A stretch of DNA of 64,000 bases, from positions 1 through 64,000 of the forward strand of contig JAXLNO010000555.1 of NCBI GenBank assembly GCA_038087875.1. Direction: 5' to 3'. Position numbers and translations under genes: made by a program. Source of the stretch: Malacoraja senta. Taxonomy: Eukaryota. Every line of letters begins with the position of its first letter. The first letter of the stretch is position 1. Below are positions 23,965-35,319 of this stretch, piece after piece. The notes below the pieces were generated by a model. That model did not search any database. It was not told the origin of the DNA and was given only the letters and a program-made list of their open reading frames with translations.

Positions 23965-25752
23965 CCACGAGTCTGGTGGAAATCAAAGGTTGTTGCTTTA
24001 CCAAAACCAGGCAAAGATGCAAATCTTCCCAGCAGCTACCGGTCTATATCCCTGCTGTGCCACCCATACAAACTGATGGAAAGATGCATTCTGAACCGCA
24101 TCACGCTGGATGTAGACGATGTCTTGATACCTGAACAGGCTGGATTCCGCCTCGGAAATCAATACAAGGACAACTGCTGAACCTCACGCAGCACATTGAA
24201 GATGGCTTCAAGTGGAAGCTGTTCACAGGTGCAGTATTTGTAGACTTGTCCACAGCATATGACACTGTAACCCACCGTACCATGAAAGCCAAACTGCAAC
24301 AAACACTACAGGACTCTCATCTTGTCCAGTTCATCATGACAATGATGGAGAACCGCTGCTTCTTCGTATGCCTGAATGGTCAGAACAGCCATTGCAGATG
24401 CCAAAAGAATGGTCTACCACAGGGCCCCAACATTGTTCAATATATACACCAATGACCAATCCATCACCCCCGAAAACTAGGTATTTTCTGTATGCCGATG
24501 ACTTATGCATTCCTCAGACTTCAGCCAGATTGAGACTGTACCAGAGGCTGCTCTGCAGAATATGACAATATACTACCAACAGAACTCCCTGCGCCCAAAC
24601 CCAACAAAAACGCAAAGCACAGATTTCCACCTCCGGAACTGGGATGCGAAACCTTCAGCTGCAAGTGTGATGGAATGATGGCCTGTTGGAACACTGTAAA
24701 GCCCCAAAGTACCTAGGTGTGGTCCTCAATCGCACGTTATCATATCGCCAACATGTTGAGAAAACCAAGGCAAAGGTCAACACCCGGAACAATGTCATCG
24801 GAAAATTGGGAAACAGCTCATATAAAAGTGACCAAACAACAATCCGCACTGCAGCCCTGGCGCTCTGTTTCTCATTGGCAGAATATGCAAGCCCCGTCAG
24901 GAGCCGCTCTAAACATGCACGTGAGGTGGACTTTGCATTGAACACTGCCTGCAGGAAAATCACAGGATGCCTGAAGCCGACAAAGGTTGAACACCTGTAT
25001 GAGCTGGCAGGCATCGACCAACCATCTCGATGATGTGATCGGGCAGCTGCAGTAGAATGCTTCAATGTGGACACAAACCCCCGTCACCCCTTGCACAATC
25101 ACCAACATGCCAAGAAACGCCTGAAGAGTCGGAACAGCTTCATGGAACTAGAGACAACCATGCCAGGCACCAAAACCAAACAACAGATGGCACCAGGACA
25201 CCACCTGCCATATACTACCTGGAAAGCCCTAAACTGCCTCCGCACTGGAGTGGGACGTTGCGGACTCAACCTGAAGAAGTGTGGCTTCTCGGACTCTGCA
25301 AGTGCAACTGTGGAGAGTAACAGACAATAATAATAATAATAATACATTTTATTTATGGGCGCCTTTCAAAAGTCTCAAGGACACCTTACAAAGTTTAACA
25401 AGAAACATGTAAGCGTAATGAAATAAATAGTAAAGACATCACCAGTACACAAATTTAAGATAGAATTAAATCCAAAAACAAAAATCAAAAACACAATATG
25501 GAAGAGAGAGCAGCGGCTGCTAAAGCGCGCCAGCGTCCACTCACCCTTCCGACCGCCATCTTGGACATAGACAAACATAGACACTACACATTACACACAA
25601 AAAACAGACAATGGCCCACAAAAAACAGACAATTACAGACAATGGCCCACTTACTGACTTGCGGCAGAGAGGTATGCCCTGCGGATGATCTCCACAGAGG
25701 CACAGATGTGGCACTGGCTGTGGCAAAGCAATGGCAGAACGTCGTCTGACGC
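23965..25752 (+). mobile_element. Vingi/Ingi-like LINE, 5'-truncated and decayed
   Basis: Peptides ALPKPGKD..SYRSISLLC, EQAGFR, AVFVDLSTAYDTV, KNGLPQG, YADDL, PKYLGVVLNRTLSY, ALCFSLAEYASPV and LNCLRTGVGRC..C.CGE.QTMAHLLTC. Confidence 0.8.
25329..25634 (-). mobile_element. Short retro-insert with L2-like (ATT)n tail nested in Vingi
   Basis: Flanked by ACAGACAAT at 25320-25328 and 25635-25643. Reverse-complement relative of 28430-28678 (CAAGATGGCGGTCGGA..GTCCTTGAGAC..AAGGCGCCC.TAAATAAAAT.(ATT)n). Confidence 0.75.
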
Positions 25753-26039
25753 ATGAGCGAACCACCTCTGGCAGTGTGTTCCAGGCACCCACACACTCTG
25801 TATAAAGAACTTGCCCTGCACATCTTCTTTAAACTTTACCCATCTCACCTTAAAGTTATGCCTTCCAGTCTTTGAAATTTCCACCCTGGGAGAAAGATTC
25901 TAACTGTTTACCGGATCTGTGGCTTCCATAGTTTTATATACTTCCATCAGGTCTCCCCTCAACTTCCAATGCTTCAGAGTAAACAATCCAAGTTAGTCCA
26001 ACCTCTGCTTATGGCTAATACCCTCTAATCCAGGCAGCA

Positions 26040-26652
26040 TTTTGTTGTCATATGACCCAGATGGGACAATGACATTCTTACTTGCTGCAGCACAACAGAA
26101 TATGTGAATATATAAATATAGTACATAACGGGGGAAGAGAAAAAAAAGAAAATTTTCAATAAATAACAAATATAGTGCAAATAACAATATAGTCTTTTGC
26201 AGTTCAGAGCTCAGAGCTCAGAGCTCAGAGCTTATTCGTTGTTGTGGTTACTAGACTGATGGCTGTAGGGAAGAAGCTGTTCCCGAACCTGGACATTACA
26301 GTTTTCAGGCTCCTGTACCTCCTTCCTGATTGCAATGGTGAAATGAGTGTGTGGCCAGGATGGTGTAGGTCTTTGATGATTTTGGCTGCCTTTTTGAGGC
26401 AGCGACTAAGATAGATCCCTTCGATGGTGGGGAGGTCAATGCCAGTGATGGACTGGGCAGTGGTCACAACTTTTTGTAGTCTTTTTCGCTCCTGGAAGTT
26501 CAAGTTGCCGAACCAGGCCATGATGCAACCAGTCAGAATGCTCTCTACCGTGCACCTGTAGAAGTTTAGGAGAATCCTCTTCGAAATGCCGAATCTCCGT
26601 AATCTTCTCAGGAAGTAGAGTCGCTGATGTGCCTTCTTTATAATAGCAGTGG
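26040..26652 (-). mobile_element. Rex1/Babar LINE 3' fragment, nested in a CR1 3' fragment (~25757-26690)
   Basis: Peptide AWFGNLN..KRLQKVV..HPGHTLISPL..GRRYRSLKT..SRFGNSFFPTAI. Close relative of 41231-42122. Confidence 0.85.
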
Positions 26653-27312
26653 TGTCCTACGCGGTGACCAGAACTGCACACAATACTCAAAGACTCATAG
26701 GGGACTAACAATACCTCAGGTAACCAAATGACTTTAACAAAAAGCCCAATAAAAGAATACAAATGAAGCTGGCTATTATGTATAGGAACTTTATGAAGTC
26801 TGTTTATGAGCTAAGACAATTCACAGCCAAGTGTTCTTGCCAAAACCCAAACTGAAATCAGCGTCCAGGTTATTGGTGAGTAAATGCTGTTTAATAGCAC
26901 ATCTGAGAATTCCTTCCATCACTTTGAAAATGATGGAGAAGAGATTGATTAGGGAATAATTGGCTGGATTGCAATCACCCTGCTTTTTGAGGATAAGAAG
27001 TACCTTGGCAATTGTCCTCATTATCAAATAGGTGCCAGTTATAATAACTGTGAAACAGTTTGGACAGAGATATAGCCAGATCTAATGAGCAAGTCTTTGG
27101 CTCAGCAGCTCAAGTTTAGTATCTATGATAAGATTAAGTTTAGTCCCAATGCATTCTCTGTGCCTTGTTGTCTTTGTTCTTTCTTTAATTCACAAAAAAT
27201 AGTCAATTGTTCAAGACTGTTTGTTAAGAAGGAAGCCATGATGTATTGTCCACCTGGAACTTCTGGTTGAATGTAGTTGTAAATGCTTTAGTTGTTACAT
27301 CTGTGGATTGTT

Positions 27313-27720
27313 ACCTTGTCGTAATGGAGAAGCTTGTGTGGACCTGAGATCCTGAGAGCGATGCCGTCTGGAGCTATGCTCCTGGTAGGTCTACCCATGG
27401 CGGTAAGGTCGAGAGGGAGGTCTCTGACAAAGAGCAATCCAACCAAGACCTCAATGGTGGAACAGGCAGAGGCCGATGGCTGACCTTAGTGGAGCGTCAC
27501 AACGGCGGGGAAGGCAGATGAAGGCTGCAGCAGAAAATGGTCTCCGGTTGTCTTGGACTCCATGCCACTGGATCCTGACCCAGATCTGTCAAGGACCGTG
27601 GGGTAGCTGTCTGTGCACCAGTCTCCCCACGTTAAACAAAGTCACGCACAGGCGTCTCCATATAGGGAATAGCACCCTGGAGACACCTATTGTCAGCCGT
27701 GACTGAAGGGGGCCTAAGAA
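27313..27720 (+). mobile_element. RTE-like 5' UTR fragment or RTE-derived non-autonomous repeat
   Basis: CCTTGTCGT..GAGCGATGCCGTCTGGAGCTATGCTCCTGGTAGG..CCCATGGC..GACAAAGAGC resembles the 5' ends of RTE/Rex3-type LINEs, judged from memory only. Confidence 0.45.
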
Positions 27721-28191
27721 GCCTCATTTTTGGCACTCAAGTGCAGTGACAATCCTTGTCTCAGCAGAAACAGAGAGAGAGAAAGAGAGTAAACAATGAA
27801 TGATGGGCTTGCTAGCAATGCTCATAATCCTGAAAAATAATGTTGTGGGATCAATTATAGAGCCTATTGATCACATGGGATCACATCAAGATCCTTCTAC
27901 AATTTTTGACAACCACCTTCACTATCTGCAATACCACCTACTTTGGTATCATCTGAAAACGTACTAATCTTGCCATGTACATATTCCTCCAAATCATTGA
28001 TATAGATGACAAACAGTAATGGGCCCAGCACCGAATCCTGAGGCATACCACTAGTCACAGGCATCGAGTCCAAGAAGCAACCTCCACCATTACCCTCTGC
28101 TTCCTTCCATGAAGCTAATTTTCTATCTATTCTGCTATCTCTCCTTGGACTTTATTCCTTAGAGCACAGGAGGATGATAGATGATCTCATG

Positions 28192-28678
28192 CGGCCGTTC
28201 CAGGTGGCCCAGCTGCTGGAGGACTCTCCCGACGCCGGGGCTACATCACCCGGCGAGAACGGCCAGGATCATCGGGCCTCCGTAGAGGCAATAGCGGGGG
28301 CTTCATTTGGCCTGACTTTTTTTGGGTGAACTGGGGCTGGGGACTGGACATTGTGCCTTCCCCCACAGTGGAAATCATTGTGGGGGGATGATTTTTGTAT
28401 GTAATTGTTTGTAATTGTATTTGTTAGTCTGTGTTCAAGATGGCGGTCGGAGGGGAGAGTGGACGCTGGCGTTAAATTGCCGCTGCTCTCTCCTCAAATT
28501 GTGCTTCTGATTTTCTTTTTTGTGTGTTTTTGGAAGGAATTCTGTCCCTGATTTATGTATTGGTCTTTATAACCTATTTTTTTTTAATTCTGATTATATG
28601 TTTTCTATAAATCTCTGTATGGTGTCCTTGAGACCTCGGTATAAGGCGCCCGTAAATAAAATCCATTATTATTATTAT
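28192..28678 (+). mobile_element. GC-rich SINE-like element with conserved hairpin and L2-like tail
   Basis: GC-rich head, hairpin at 28359-28388, tail AAGGCGCCCGTAAATAAAATCC(ATT)n. Confidence 0.6.
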
Positions 28679-30600
28679 AAAAGTGTACACGATTATGAGC
28701 AGAATTGATTCGGTAAAAGCAGTCTTTTGCCCAGAATAAGGGAATCGAGAACCAAAGAACATAGGTTTCAGATGAAGGGGAACGGTTTCCTAAGAACCTG
28801 AGGCTTAACTATTTTACACAAAATGTGGTGGGCATATGGAACGAGCTGCCGGAGGAGAAATCTGAGAGGTACTATCATTATGTTTTACAGACTTTTGGAC
28901 AGATACATGGACAGGATAAGCTTAGAAGGTTATGGGCCAAACACAGGCAGGTGGAACTCTTGTTCAGTAGATATGGTATGTTGGTCAACGTAGCCAAGTT
29001 GGACCGAAGTGCCTGTTTCCACGCTATATGACTTTATGACTCTATTCTCCCCACCCAAGCTGAAACATATTTGTCGTATCTAATGGCCTTAGAATGCCAA
29101 ACAGCAAAAGATAAGTTGCAGTGGTTCAATAAATAGCTATCCTTTTTAGTCAAAACACATTTCTGTGGCTGCTGCGTTTTTGCCTGTCGTCTGAGAATAG
29201 TCTATCCTGTTTAATCACGGTGTCCTTAAAACCTATTTCTTTGATTAAGGTTATAACCACTTGTCCTAATTTCTTCTTCCTTTTTGTCAGGTTCATTTTC
29301 TTCTCTATTTCCCGACAGTGTAGCCTTCCATGAAGCACCTTCAGATGTTTTTCCCCTGCATTGAAAGGTTGACAAGCTAACATTAGCTTTTATTCAACAG
29401 AAGCCTTCAACGTGTGGTAAGTGGATAACGTTTTTGGAAAGCATCTACTTGAAGCCAATGCCCATTGTGACTAAGTCTGTGAACAAAAGTCTAGTTCCTT
29501 GCATAACACTCAAGGAAAAGAGAACATTGCTCTGAGCCTTGTGCCAGTAAAAGATTAATTTAATAGCAAATGTTTGGCATGTGACTACATCAATGGCACC
29601 CTGCCACAATAATATTCCTTACTAGTACATCTCATGCATGAGTCCCTCTCCCCACCTGCATCCTCATTTTGCATTACAGCCACCCTTCCTGCCTGCATGA
29701 GTGAGACACACAGTTTATTCCCAATTGCTGCCAATTATGTGCAATTTTGTATTTTGAGCTAATGCTGCCAGGATACTGGTGTGAACCTGCAGCAACTTGA
29801 ATCAAGCTTAAATAACACGCATTTACAACACGCAGACACTTTATGGAGGCAGTGAAACAACAAAAGAAAATTATAATTGGAAATTACGTGCTGCAATAAG
29901 AACCATGTCTTACACGAAGCTTACAGATTCATTTCACAGGATCCAGGTCAAAACCAGCCATGTCTGTGATGACCTTGAACTGCTTTGTATGCATCTCTGC
30001 CTTTGTTTTTGATATGGGTATAATGTGTGAATACTCAAGCGACATCTGCAGCCACCAAGGCTCTGAATGGAAGGTTAACAAATAAAATGATCAGAGTGGC
30101 CGAGTGTGATGCGTTCACAATCTCATCTTTGTTGGATACGGTTCTTCTTTGTCAGCTCTTGGTGCTTGATGAAGACACCCCATTGATGTTAAAATGACAA
30201 CCTCATTGTACTGCACAAAAGCAATGGCTCTGTTCACATCCTTCTTTCTCTTCTCCGCGCTGCTTTGGTTGTGGAGAAGGTTCTAGCTAATCTGTTTGCT
30301 ACGCAATTATCTTCCGAGGACACTGTTGTCTTTGCTGTGCTGTAAGAAAGACAATTTGTAGCAAAATTAAGTCTACTTGCATTCTATTTTCATGAATATG
30401 ATGAATTTACCTACTTCTGACCACCTACATCCATTATCAGCCCAGCCTCAGGTCCTGATCCTCTCTCTGCCACCAGCCCCCTCATATTCATATTGTGCCC
30501 TTAACGTTGTAACAAGTTTAAATGCCATTTAATAAAAATAAGAGAATTTGTTTATATCCAATAACAATTGTTAATTGAATATATTTGTGCACATCGGGTT

Positions 30601-30654
30601 GATTGCATTAGTTGAAACAGGGTGGACCACGTGAAGGTTGCAATCTCCCACCCC
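30601..30654 (-). ncRNA. HDV-like self-cleaving ribozyme candidate (CPEB3-type L3, minimal P4)
   Basis: GGGGTGG-GA-GATTGCA-ACC-TTCACGT-GGT-CCACCCT-GT-TTCAA-CTAA-TGCAATC. P1 is 7 bp with a G1.U wobble, P2 7 bp, P3 3 bp. Catalytic C in J4/2. Confidence 0.85.
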
Positions 30655-30877
30655 TCCATGTAAGAACAGAACCTGCATAAGTGGGGGATGACAAACAGCC
30701 CTGCTAGCGACTGCGGACATCCAGACCAGATCATCCCACACATCGTGAATGACTTCTCACTGAGGCTTTTCCTTGGTGGCATCAAAGCCATCCACCCAGT
30801 AACTGATGCTGTTCTGGCCTGGATGTCTACCGTTGATCTACAACTTGAGGCTGTGCACGCCATACGCAAGAAGAAGA
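30655..30877 (+). mobile_element. Vingi-like LINE extreme 3' fragment with (AAG)n tail
   Basis: Peptide NLHKWGMTNSPA.DCGHPDQIIPHIVND. Ends GCTGTGCACGCCATACGC(AAG)3. Confidence 0.7.
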
Positions 30878-32796
30878 TTGAAATAGTTGCATGCCTGTTA
30901 CAATATCACTGTGGAATAATGCATGAAAACACACTAGCTGAGAATGGAAAAATACAGCGCAAGAAATCAGGAGTACCTGGATGTGTCCCCAAGGTGAGTA
31001 TCGCTTCTCAGTGTTAACGTTACTTTGCTTGTGTATCTCTGTTACAAATATCACTCCTGCCCAAGATCTTGGGTACCACTTAATATTTCCAGAAATGGAA
31101 TATATGACATCCATTTACCAAGGCCTAACCTGAGATTCAGTAAGGAGAGGGGGCTGGTGGCAGAGAGAGGATCAGGACCTGAGGCTGGGCTGTTAATGGA
31201 TGTAGGTGGTCAGAAGTAGGTAAAATTCGGTATGCCATCTTCACTGAGGATCAGGCCTGCGTTTTGAAATTAGGTGCTGGATATTCATTAAAAATCAGGA
31301 CCAGAAGCAGGTGAAAGAATGATCTTCACCAAGGATTAAGGCTGGGAGAAAGTTGGGATTTTTCTGACAGGATTGAGGTCATGAATCAGGAGCAATGATT
31401 GGGCAAATGGCCTGGGTGAGGAGGGTTGACAGGGTGTTTGAGGGGAAATGGCAATTTGGTGTTAAGTATGGACATACATTCACAGGGTATTTTGGTTGTC
31501 TCTGGAGTCCGGTAGTTGTTGCCCCCTGGAAATCTTAGTCCTATTTTATCCATAATGTTCCAAAAGGAGGTTTGGGCATGGAATAGCATCATGGGTGACT
31601 AAAGCAGAAATCGATGCATGCATGAGTAACTCAAACTGGAAATGCCAGACAAGTTTCTGGAATTACATGAACAGACCCTGAAATGGTTGTTTTATTTTCA
31701 TTTTATTCGGGGTAACCTCAATTTTCAATCCCATATGCTTAACAAAAAAATTGCGTGAAATGTAATTGAATTTTTTAGCTGCAGAACTGAACGTAAGTTG
31801 ACATTTTGGAAGCATTTGCACCTAATTTGCACTGTTATCTAGAAATAGCTTATTCAACTGGAGATAGATACAAAATGCTGAAGTAACTCAGGGTGACAGG
31901 CAGCATCTCTGGAGAGAAGGGATGGGTGACATTTCAGGACGAGACCCTTCTTCAGACTTCCTGGTTTTCATATGGGTCCACAATAAACAATAGTCACCTA
32001 TTTTTATTAGCCTTGTTACTTTCTGGAATAGCTTTTGCTATTGTTTCTTCTCAAATTGATGGTACAACTGCCTTGTTTCATAATTTTTTTACTGAGATCT
32101 GTAAAAAATTAGTTAATTTAGTAAATTTGTAGTAAATTAGTAGTAAATTAGGAGTTTCACATTTTACAGAGAGAGTTCTGGCTATGTAAAACATAGAGAG
32201 AGATAAATCATATTGATTGGTGGACAAAGCATGATTAGATTTTATGCTTATGAATTGACTTGAATTTGGCATTAAAGCACACTCAATTAAAGGTGAAGTT
32301 GTTATCTTTAGGCATTTCAGTGGCGAGACACTAAAACATAGAATAGAACACATGGTCTATCAAGCCATTTAAAATGAAAATGACTGATCTGACACAGACC
32401 TGTCCTGTGTCAAGTCGACATAGTCCCCAATTCCCTGATTTTTCAAAAGTTAATCTGTTTTCTCTGCTATAGTGTTCCAGAGATTCACCAACTTTTGTGA
32501 GAAGAAGATCTTCATTCAATATCCCACCGTCTTCCAAAATGTACAGAACTAACATTTTTAGCCCTTCTTGATAGGACAACTCACACATCCCAGGAATTAG
32601 CCCAGTGAATTTAATATGTACAGGTATCCCCTAGGTTATAGATGACCTGATTTTTTGGAAATCTGAATCTATTCAAATTCTCCCATGAATTTTTAAGGAA
32701 TCTTTAAATATAAGAAAGCTTGCTTGAGAAATGCTAATATCTTCAAGAGTTATGGAATAGCAGTAATTCCAAAGATAACCAGTCCTCCAAACCAGA

Positions 32797-32940
32797 GGGG
32801 CATGATGGTGCAGCGGTAGAGTTGCTGCCTTACAGTGCCAGAGACCCGGGTTCGATCCAAAATAGGGTGCTGTCTGTACAGAGTTTGTACCTTCTCCGTG
32901 TGACAGCGTAGTTTCCTCCCACAGTCCAAGGACATACTTA
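32797..32940 (+). mobile_element. tRNA-derived SINE head (HE1-like)
   Basis: A box TGGTGCAGCGG at 32806-32816 and B box GGTTCGATCC at 32849-32858, followed by SINE body rather than a tRNA acceptor stem. Confidence 0.8.
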
Positions 32941-33576
32941 TTAATGCAGACATTAATGCAGTGTTCCGTTCTGGGCACCATGTTATAGGAAAGATGTTGT
33001 CAAGCTGGAAAGGGTACAGAGAAGATTTGCGAGGATGTTGCCAGGAACATAGGTCAGAAATCCAGCCTGGAAACACACCCTTCACCTCACCGAGTCCACA
33101 CCAACTCTATCATCTTTTCATACTACTCTCTCACTACTTTCTTATTCTCACCATACACTTTAGGGGCAAATAACCAACAAACTCGCACAGATTTGAGATG
33201 TGGGAAGAAACCGAAGCACTCAGAGGAAACCCATGCTGTCACAGGGAGAAGGTACAAATTCCACACTCAACACCCGAGGTCAGAAGCAAACCTGGGTCTC
33301 TTTTGTTGTGATTCTTTAAGGTCGTCCAAACTAGATATTGGATGTGGAACATTGTAATTCTTTAACATTGTACCTACACAGTGAATGGCAATAAATAAAA
33401 GTTCATGTTAATCAGCCCCCATTGAAATAGCTCATTTCTGAAGTGGGAAAACAGTCATTTTTCAGACAGTTCTTGGGAATGGAACCCCTAAGTAACACAG
33501 ATACTTGCAGGAAATGTGAATCTTTGCAGCTATGTGATTCCCTTTATGATCCTGTAGTGTTCCAGAGATTCAAACA

Positions 33577-34375
33577 TATTGTGTGCAGTTTTGGTCTCCT
33601 AATTTCAGGAAGGACATCCTTGCTATTGAGGCAGTGCAGCCTAGGTTCACAAGGTTAATCCCCGGGATGTCGGGACTGTCATATGAGGAAAGATTGGAAA
33701 GACTGGGCTTGTATGCACTGGAATTTAGAAGGATGAGAGGATATCTTATAGAAACGTATAAAATTATATAAAGGACTTGACAAGCTAGATGCAGGAAAAA
33801 TGTTCCCAATGTTGGGGGAGTCCAGAACCAGGGGCCACAGTCTAAGAATAAAGGGGAGGCCATTTAAAAGTGAGATGAGAAAAAAAACTTTTCACCCAGA
33901 GAGATGTGAATTTGTGGAATTCTCTGCCACAGAAGGCAGTAGAGGCCAATTCACTGGATGAATTTAAATGAGAGTAAAGGGCTTGTCCCACTTGGCAATT
34001 TTTATCGGCGACTGCCGGCATCATTGACTGACATATCAGGTCACCGAAAAAGTTGTGACGTGATGCGGCATGACGACGTATTGACGCTCAATGTTTCCTC
34101 AAGTGTCGCGACATTTTTTTTGTCGCCGCTGGATTTTGAAATGTTCAAAATCTTTCGGTGACCCTGATACGTCAGTCAATGACACGGGCAGTCGCCGAAA
34201 AAATCGGCAAGTGGGACACACCCATTAGATAGAACTCTAGAAGCTAGCTGAATCAAGGGATATGGGGAGAAGGCAGGCACGGGTTACTGATTGTGGATAA
34301 TCAGCCATGATCACAATGAATGGCCGTGCAGGCTCCAAGGGCCAAATGGCCTCCTCCAGCACCTATTTTCTATCT
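33577..34375 (+). mobile_element. CR1 3' fragment interrupted by a MITE
   Basis: Peptide QFWSPNFRKDILAIE..LGLYALEFRRMRG. Same 3' UTR as 12312-13034. Confidence 0.9.
33978..34224. mobile_element. Harbinger-type MITE
   Basis: TIRs GGGCTTGTCCCACTTG..CAAGTGGGACACACCC; flanks TAA and TTA. The CR1 host is colinear on both sides. Confidence 0.85.
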
Positions 34376-35319
34376 AGAACATTGTGAATCATTTCACAGC
34401 CTTAATTAGTGGATGCAGGTAAATAAGGACAGAGGAAATGGAACCAATATGATTGCTCCCCTGGAACCACCACAATGGGCCGAATAACCTTCTTCTGTGT
34501 CTTTGCAAATGTAAAATTAGATAAAACGATTGGACAAACTGAAAATCATCTCCTGTAGGTTACACTAAATGTAATAACTACATGTATAAGAAATAGAAGC
34601 AAGACTATTCAAACCTTTTTACCCAATGCATGATTTGATAAGATTGCTTAACTTCAACACTATTTTCATGCAGTGATATTTTATCTTTCATTTCCTTAAT
34701 ATTCTAAAATCAATTAATCTCTCTCTTTGATGCTGTAGATAACCAAATGCAGCAGTGATGCCTAATGAATGATTAACAGCCGGAAACATAAACCTTGTTT
34801 CTCTCTCTCAACAGCTGCCACTTAGCCTTCTGAGCATTTCCAGCATTTTCTGTTTTCATTCTGATTAGCAGTATATGCTTTTTTTTTTTGCTTCTAAAAG
34901 TTTTCCGTGAACATACTCAGCCATTGATTTCATGTAGTCCCCTCGTAAGAATGTTCCAAAGATTCTCTGTCTGCTGGGCTAGGCTCAAGGTCATTTCTGC
35001 GCTGAATAGCTGACGCCTACTTTGAGGCTACGATCCATGGTTCCAGGCACCCTAATAAAGGATTGCTCTTTATTGCTCTAATAAAGGAACTCCTGCATTC
35101 TCTCCCCCCTCTCTCCCCCTTCCTCCCCCACCTTAGTCAACCTACCAGTTCCATGATCCGCATTGTTGTGTCCTTCTCGTTAGCACATCTTTCCCAGAAA
35201 ACAATGGGCCATTATGGAGTCCACCATTCCTGAGGTCATATGTTGTCGGTCCTGATTTGTTCTAGCTTTCTCTCACCTCCAGTTCATCCCCCACCCCCCT
35301 CCCCCCCAACACTTCTACC

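Larger units (their letters stand above)
30406..31224. repeat. 78-bp near-perfect inverted repeat (arms 30406-30483 and 31147-31224)
   Basis: TTTACCTACTTCTGACCACCTACATCCATTA.CAGCCCAGCCTCAGGTCCTGATCCTCTCTCTGCCACCAGCCCCCTC and its reverse complement, with one mismatch. Confidence 0.9.

Noticed and set aside
27300..27450. HDV-like ribozyme at the RTE-like 5' end
   Set aside because: Hairpins are present, but I could not assign P1, P2, P3 and J4/2 consistently.
30234..30350. Possible terminal exon on the minus strand (TCTTTCTTACAG acceptor, TAKTTVSSEDNC..RRRERRM*)
   Set aside because: Good acceptor, but the peptide is short and unrecognised and no upstream exon was identified.
32797..32870. tRNA gene
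   Set aside because: A and B boxes are present, but there is no closing acceptor stem and the sequence continues into a SINE body.
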